Below are positions 61,065 through 64,000 of a stretch of DNA of 64,000 nt, piece by piece (within the stretch, counting starts at the first letter, position 1; every line of letters begins with the position of its first letter). Source of the DNA: Rhodocyclaceae bacterium (GTDB lineage: Bacteria > Pseudomonadota > Gammaproteobacteria > Burkholderiales > Rhodocyclaceae); the NCBI GenBank assembly GCA_035492055.1, contig DATJJR010000011.1, positions 12,135 through 76,134 on the forward strand, read 5' to 3'. Both the position numbers and the translations under genes were made by a program. The notes under the pieces are model-generated. The model had not been told where the DNA came from. It saw only the letters and a list, made by a program, of their open reading frames with translations, and did no database searches.

Positions 61065-62360
61065 ATGGTTCCTCACCTCACTACTGCACTGACCGGCCCG
61101 CTGCTTGATATCGAGACCAAGATGCTCGAAAACGAGGCAGCCATCGAACGCTGGTTGCGCACGCAATGGCTGGAACACACGCCGCCGTTCTATGCCTCGG
61201 TTGATTTGCGCAATGCCGGCTTCAAACTTGCGCCTGTCGACACCAATCTGTTCCCCGGTGGCTTCAATAATCTGAATCCGGCCTTCATGCCGTTGTGTGT
61301 CCAGGCAGCCATGTCGGCGGTTGAGAAAATTTGCCCGGAAGCGCGCAACCTGCTGCTGATTCCGGAAAACCATACGCGCAACCAGTTCTACCTGCAGAAC
61401 GTCGCCGGCCTCGCCAATATCCTGCGTCACGCGGGCCTCAATGTACGCATCGGCTCGTTGCTCCCCGAAATTACCGAACCGACGACATTGGAACTCGCCG
61501 ATGGCGCGAAACTCCTGCTCGAACCGGTGAAGCGCAACGGCCACCGCATCGGCATCGATGGCTTCGAACCATGCGCCATATTGCTCAACAACGATCTCTC
61601 CGGCGGCGTCCCGGAAATTCTGCAGGGCGTCAATGAACAATTCGTGATTCCACCGCTCCACGCTGGTTGGCACGTACGCCGCAAATCCGAGCATTTCACG
61701 GCCTATGATCGCGTGGTGAATGCCTTCGCCACCGAGTTCGGTATCGATCCGTGGCTGCTCAACCCGTATTTCGGTGTGTGCGGAAAAATCAATTTCCAGG
61801 AACGCACGGGCGAAGAATGCCTGGCACTGAACGTGGAAGCGCTGCTCATGCGCATTCGCGCCAAGTATTCGGAGTACGGCATCAAGAGCGAGCCATTTGT
61901 CATCGTGAAGGCCGATGCGGGCACCTATGGCATGGGTGTGATGACGGTGCGCGATGCAAGTGAGGTCAAGGGATTAAATCGAAAGCAACGGAACAAGATG
62001 GCCGTGGTCAAGGAAGGCCTACAAGTCAGTGAAGTCATCATCCAGGAAGGTGTGCCGACCTTTGAAACCGTTGACGAAGGCACCGCCGAGCCGGTCGTGT
62101 ACATGATCGATCGCTACGTTGTCGGCGGTTTCTATCGCGTCAACACCGCACGCGGTATCGACGAGAATCTCAACGCGCCCGGCATGCATTTCAAGCCGTT
62201 GGCATTCGAAACAGGTTGCTCATTGCCCGATTGCACGCAGGCGCCAGACTCTGCGCCGAATCGCTTCTATGCCTACGGTGTGGTCGCGCGACTGGCCTTG
62301 CTTGCTGCATCGCTGGAGCTGGAGCAAACCGCACCCGTTGAATCGACTGTCGCCGCGTGA
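61065..62360 (+). CDS. gshA: glutamate--cysteine ligase (betaproteobacterial type)
   Basis: 431 aa; FYASVDLRNAGFKLAPVDTNLFPGGFNNL. Followed by gshB. Confidence 0.9.
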   Translation: MVPHLTTALTGPLLDIETKMLENEAAIERWLRTQWLEHTPPFYASVDLRNAGFKLAPVDTNLFPGGFNNLNPAFMPLCVQAAMSAVEKICPEARNLLLIPENHTRNQFYLQNVAGLANILRHAGLNVRIGSLLPEITEPTTLELADGAKLLLEPVKRNGHRIGIDGFEPCAILLNNDLSGGVPEILQGVNEQFVIPPLHAGWHVRRKSEHFTAYDRVVNAFATEFGIDPWLLNPYFGVCGKINFQERTGEECLALNVEALLMRIRAKYSEYGIKSEPFVIVKADAGTYGMGVMTVRDASEVKGLNRKQRNKMAVVKEGLQVSEVIIQEGVPTFETVDEGTAEPVVYMIDRYVVGGFYRVNTARGIDENLNAPGMHFKPLAFETGCSLPDCTQAPDSAPNRFYAYGVVARLALLAASLELEQTAPVESTVAA

Positions 62361-62365
62361 ACAGC

Positions 62366-63316
62366 ATGAAATTCGCTTTTATCGTTGACCCGTTGGACAA
62401 GCTCAAGGCCTACAAGGATTCAAGCATCGCCATGATGCGCGAGGCGGCCAGGCGCGGTCATGAGGTCTGGACGATCCAGCGCGAACAATTGTTGTGGGAA
62501 AGTGGCCACGTGCGCGCAGAAGCCGTACGCATTACACCGCAAACCGATAATGGCATCTGGTACGTTACGCAGGAAACCCGCACTTTCGCACTCGCCGATT
62601 TCGATGGCGTGATGATGCGCCAGGATCCGCCCTTCGATTTCGAATACGTCACCGCAACTTGGCTGCTGGAACGCGCAGCCGCCGAAGGTGCGCGCATCTT
62701 CAACGATCCGCGCGCCATTCGCGACCACAGCGAAAAGGTTTCCATCGCCGAATTCCCGGAATTCACGGCCGACACACAGATTGCACGCGATGCGGCAGTC
62801 ATCAATGCTTTCATCGACAAGCACGGCGATGTGATCCTGAAACCGCTCGACGGCATGGGCGGCAGTTCCATCTTCCGCGTCCATGGCGATGACCCGAATC
62901 GCAACGTCATCATCGAGACGCTAACAGCCAACGGCGCGCGCACCATCATGGCGCAGCGTTTTCTGCCCGCCATCAAGGACGGCGACAAGCGCGTCCTCAT
63001 CATCGACGGTCAACCGGTGCCTTATTGTCTCGCCCGCATTCCCATGGCCGGCGAAACGCGCGGCAACCTTGCAGCTGGCGGACGCGGCGAAGCGCGCCCA
63101 CTGACTGCGCGCGATCGCGAAATCGCCGAAACGCTTGGCCCCATCCTCGCTGCGCGCGGATTGCTGCTGGTCGGTCTTGACGTTATCGGCGATTGCCTCA
63201 CCGAAATCAACGTGACCAGCCCAACCTGCTTCGTCGAAATTGCCGAGCAAACTGGGTTCGATGTGGCAGGAATGTTCATCGATGCCCTGGAACGCCGCTG
63301 CAGCCCGCCGCATTGA
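62366..63316 (+). CDS. gshB: glutathione synthetase
   Basis: MKFAFIVDPLDKLKAYKDSS... ATP-grasp protein. ATG 62366 is preferred over GTG 62357, which overlaps the gshA stop. Confidence 0.93.
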   Translation: MKFAFIVDPLDKLKAYKDSSIAMMREAARRGHEVWTIQREQLLWESGHVRAEAVRITPQTDNGIWYVTQETRTFALADFDGVMMRQDPPFDFEYVTATWLLERAAAEGARIFNDPRAIRDHSEKVSIAEFPEFTADTQIARDAAVINAFIDKHGDVILKPLDGMGGSSIFRVHGDDPNRNVIIETLTANGARTIMAQRFLPAIKDGDKRVLIIDGQPVPYCLARIPMAGETRGNLAAGGRGEARPLTARDREIAETLGPILAARGLLLVGLDVIGDCLTEINVTSPTCFVEIAEQTGFDVAGMFIDALERRCSPPH

Positions 63317-63361
63317 CGGCAAGCGTTGGTAGAATGCGGCGATAACCTAAGGGGGTTCAAG

Positions 63362-63751
63362 GTGATCGGGCTGTTTCTCGTTACCCATGGCAGCTATGGC
63401 GATGCGCTGATTCAATGCGCATGTCATGTCCTCAATCAACGCCCGCCGCAAATCATGCAGCTCGGCATTACCCCGCAGGACGATCCGCTCGATGTGCTGC
63501 CGCTCGCAAAAAGCTTGCTGGAGCTGGTCGATACCGGCGACGGTGCCTTGATCCTGACCGACATCTACGGTGCAACGCCATCCAACATTGCCATGAAGCT
63601 GCTGAAGCCCGGTCACGTCGAGGGAGTGGCCGGCCTCAATCTGCCAATGTTGCTCCGCGCGTTGACCTACCGCGACAAGGACATGGAAACTCTACTGTCG
63701 CGTGCCACCGTCGGCGGCCGCGATGGTGTACTCAACATGCTGCAGCACTGA
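63362..63751 (+). CDS. PTS EIIA component, mannose/fructose family
   Basis: GTG 63362 preceded by AAGGGGG. (M)IGLFLVTHGSYG contains the phosphorylatable His. Confidence 0.85.
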   Translation: MIGLFLVTHGSYGDALIQCACHVLNQRPPQIMQLGITPQDDPLDVLPLAKSLLELVDTGDGALILTDIYGATPSNIAMKLLKPGHVEGVAGLNLPMLLRALTYRDKDMETLLSRATVGGRDGVLNMLQH

Positions 63752-63826
63752 AGCAGACGCGTGCGAGGGATGTCTCCCTTGCCTACCCGAAACCACTGCC
63801 AGACAACACGGGACAAGGAACTGGAA

Positions 63827-64000
63827 ATGCCGAAGGCTGAAGTCGAAATTATCAACAAGCTGGGCCTGCATGCACGTGCCTCTGCCAAGCTCACCCAACT
63901 CGCCGGCAGCTTTCCATGTGAGGTGTGGATGGAACGCAATGGCCGGCGCATCAATGCCAAGAGCATCATGGGCGTCATGATGCTGGCAGCAGGCAAGGGC
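63827..64000 (+). CDS. ptsH: phosphocarrier protein HPr (first 58 codons; 3' end cut by the right edge)
   Basis: Not in the ORF track because it runs off the edge. ATG 63827 gives MPKAEVEIINKLGLHARASAKLTQLAGSF..., containing the His-15 motif GLHARA. Confidence 0.85.
   Translation, partial: MPKAEVEIINKLGLHARASAKLTQLAGSFPCEVWMERNGRRINAKSIMGVMMLAAGKG

Noticed and set aside
61056-61694. 212-aa minus-strand ORF
   Set aside because: Antisense to gshA.

Overview
Densely packed chromosomal core region with about 62 protein genes. Gene content and order (gltBD, pilMNOPQ-aroKB-dgt, mrcA, cyaY-lipoprotein-lysA, a cobalamin salvage locus, zapBA-6S RNA, rng-maf-rlmH-rsfS-nadD, gshAB-EIIA-HPr) look like a betaproteobacterium of the Burkholderiales type. 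That placement is inferred from synteny and protein motifs only; nothing was searched. I saw no rRNA, tRNA, CRISPR array, transposase, integrase or phage genes. Two RNA elements are supported: a cobalamin riboswitch ahead of btuB and a 6S RNA after zapA. Two edge genes are missing from the supplied ORF track and were read directly: gltD at the left edge and HPr at the right edge. Many track ORFs carry spurious N-terminal extensions, and I trimmed starts where a conserved N-terminus, a Shine-Dalgarno sequence (SD) or stop/start coupling supported it. Long ORFs antisense to real genes are typical GC-rich artefacts. I did not find a clear-cut novel multi-gene system such as a defence island. The best candidates for unexplained biology are four. 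(1) A metal-homeostasis supercluster (18.7-29.0 kb): Fur-family/Zur gene, two tandem COG0523 GTPases, beta-carbonic anhydrase, a divergent rlmI/His-Cys-rich protein/TonB-receptor array, an uncharacterised double-STAS protein, an AEC transporter and PCuAC, with a perfect 7-1-7 palindrome at the divergent promoter. (2) A translationally coupled cation/proton antiporter, YbdK-type carboxylate-amine ligase and C26 gamma-glutamyl hydrolase operon. (3) A solitary TaqI-like N6-adenine methyltransferase with no nuclease partner. (4) Smaller oddities: a frameshifted GNAT gene, a secreted 11-mer-repeat protein, and a TrxB-like flavoprotein lacking CxxC that is coupled to tcdA.
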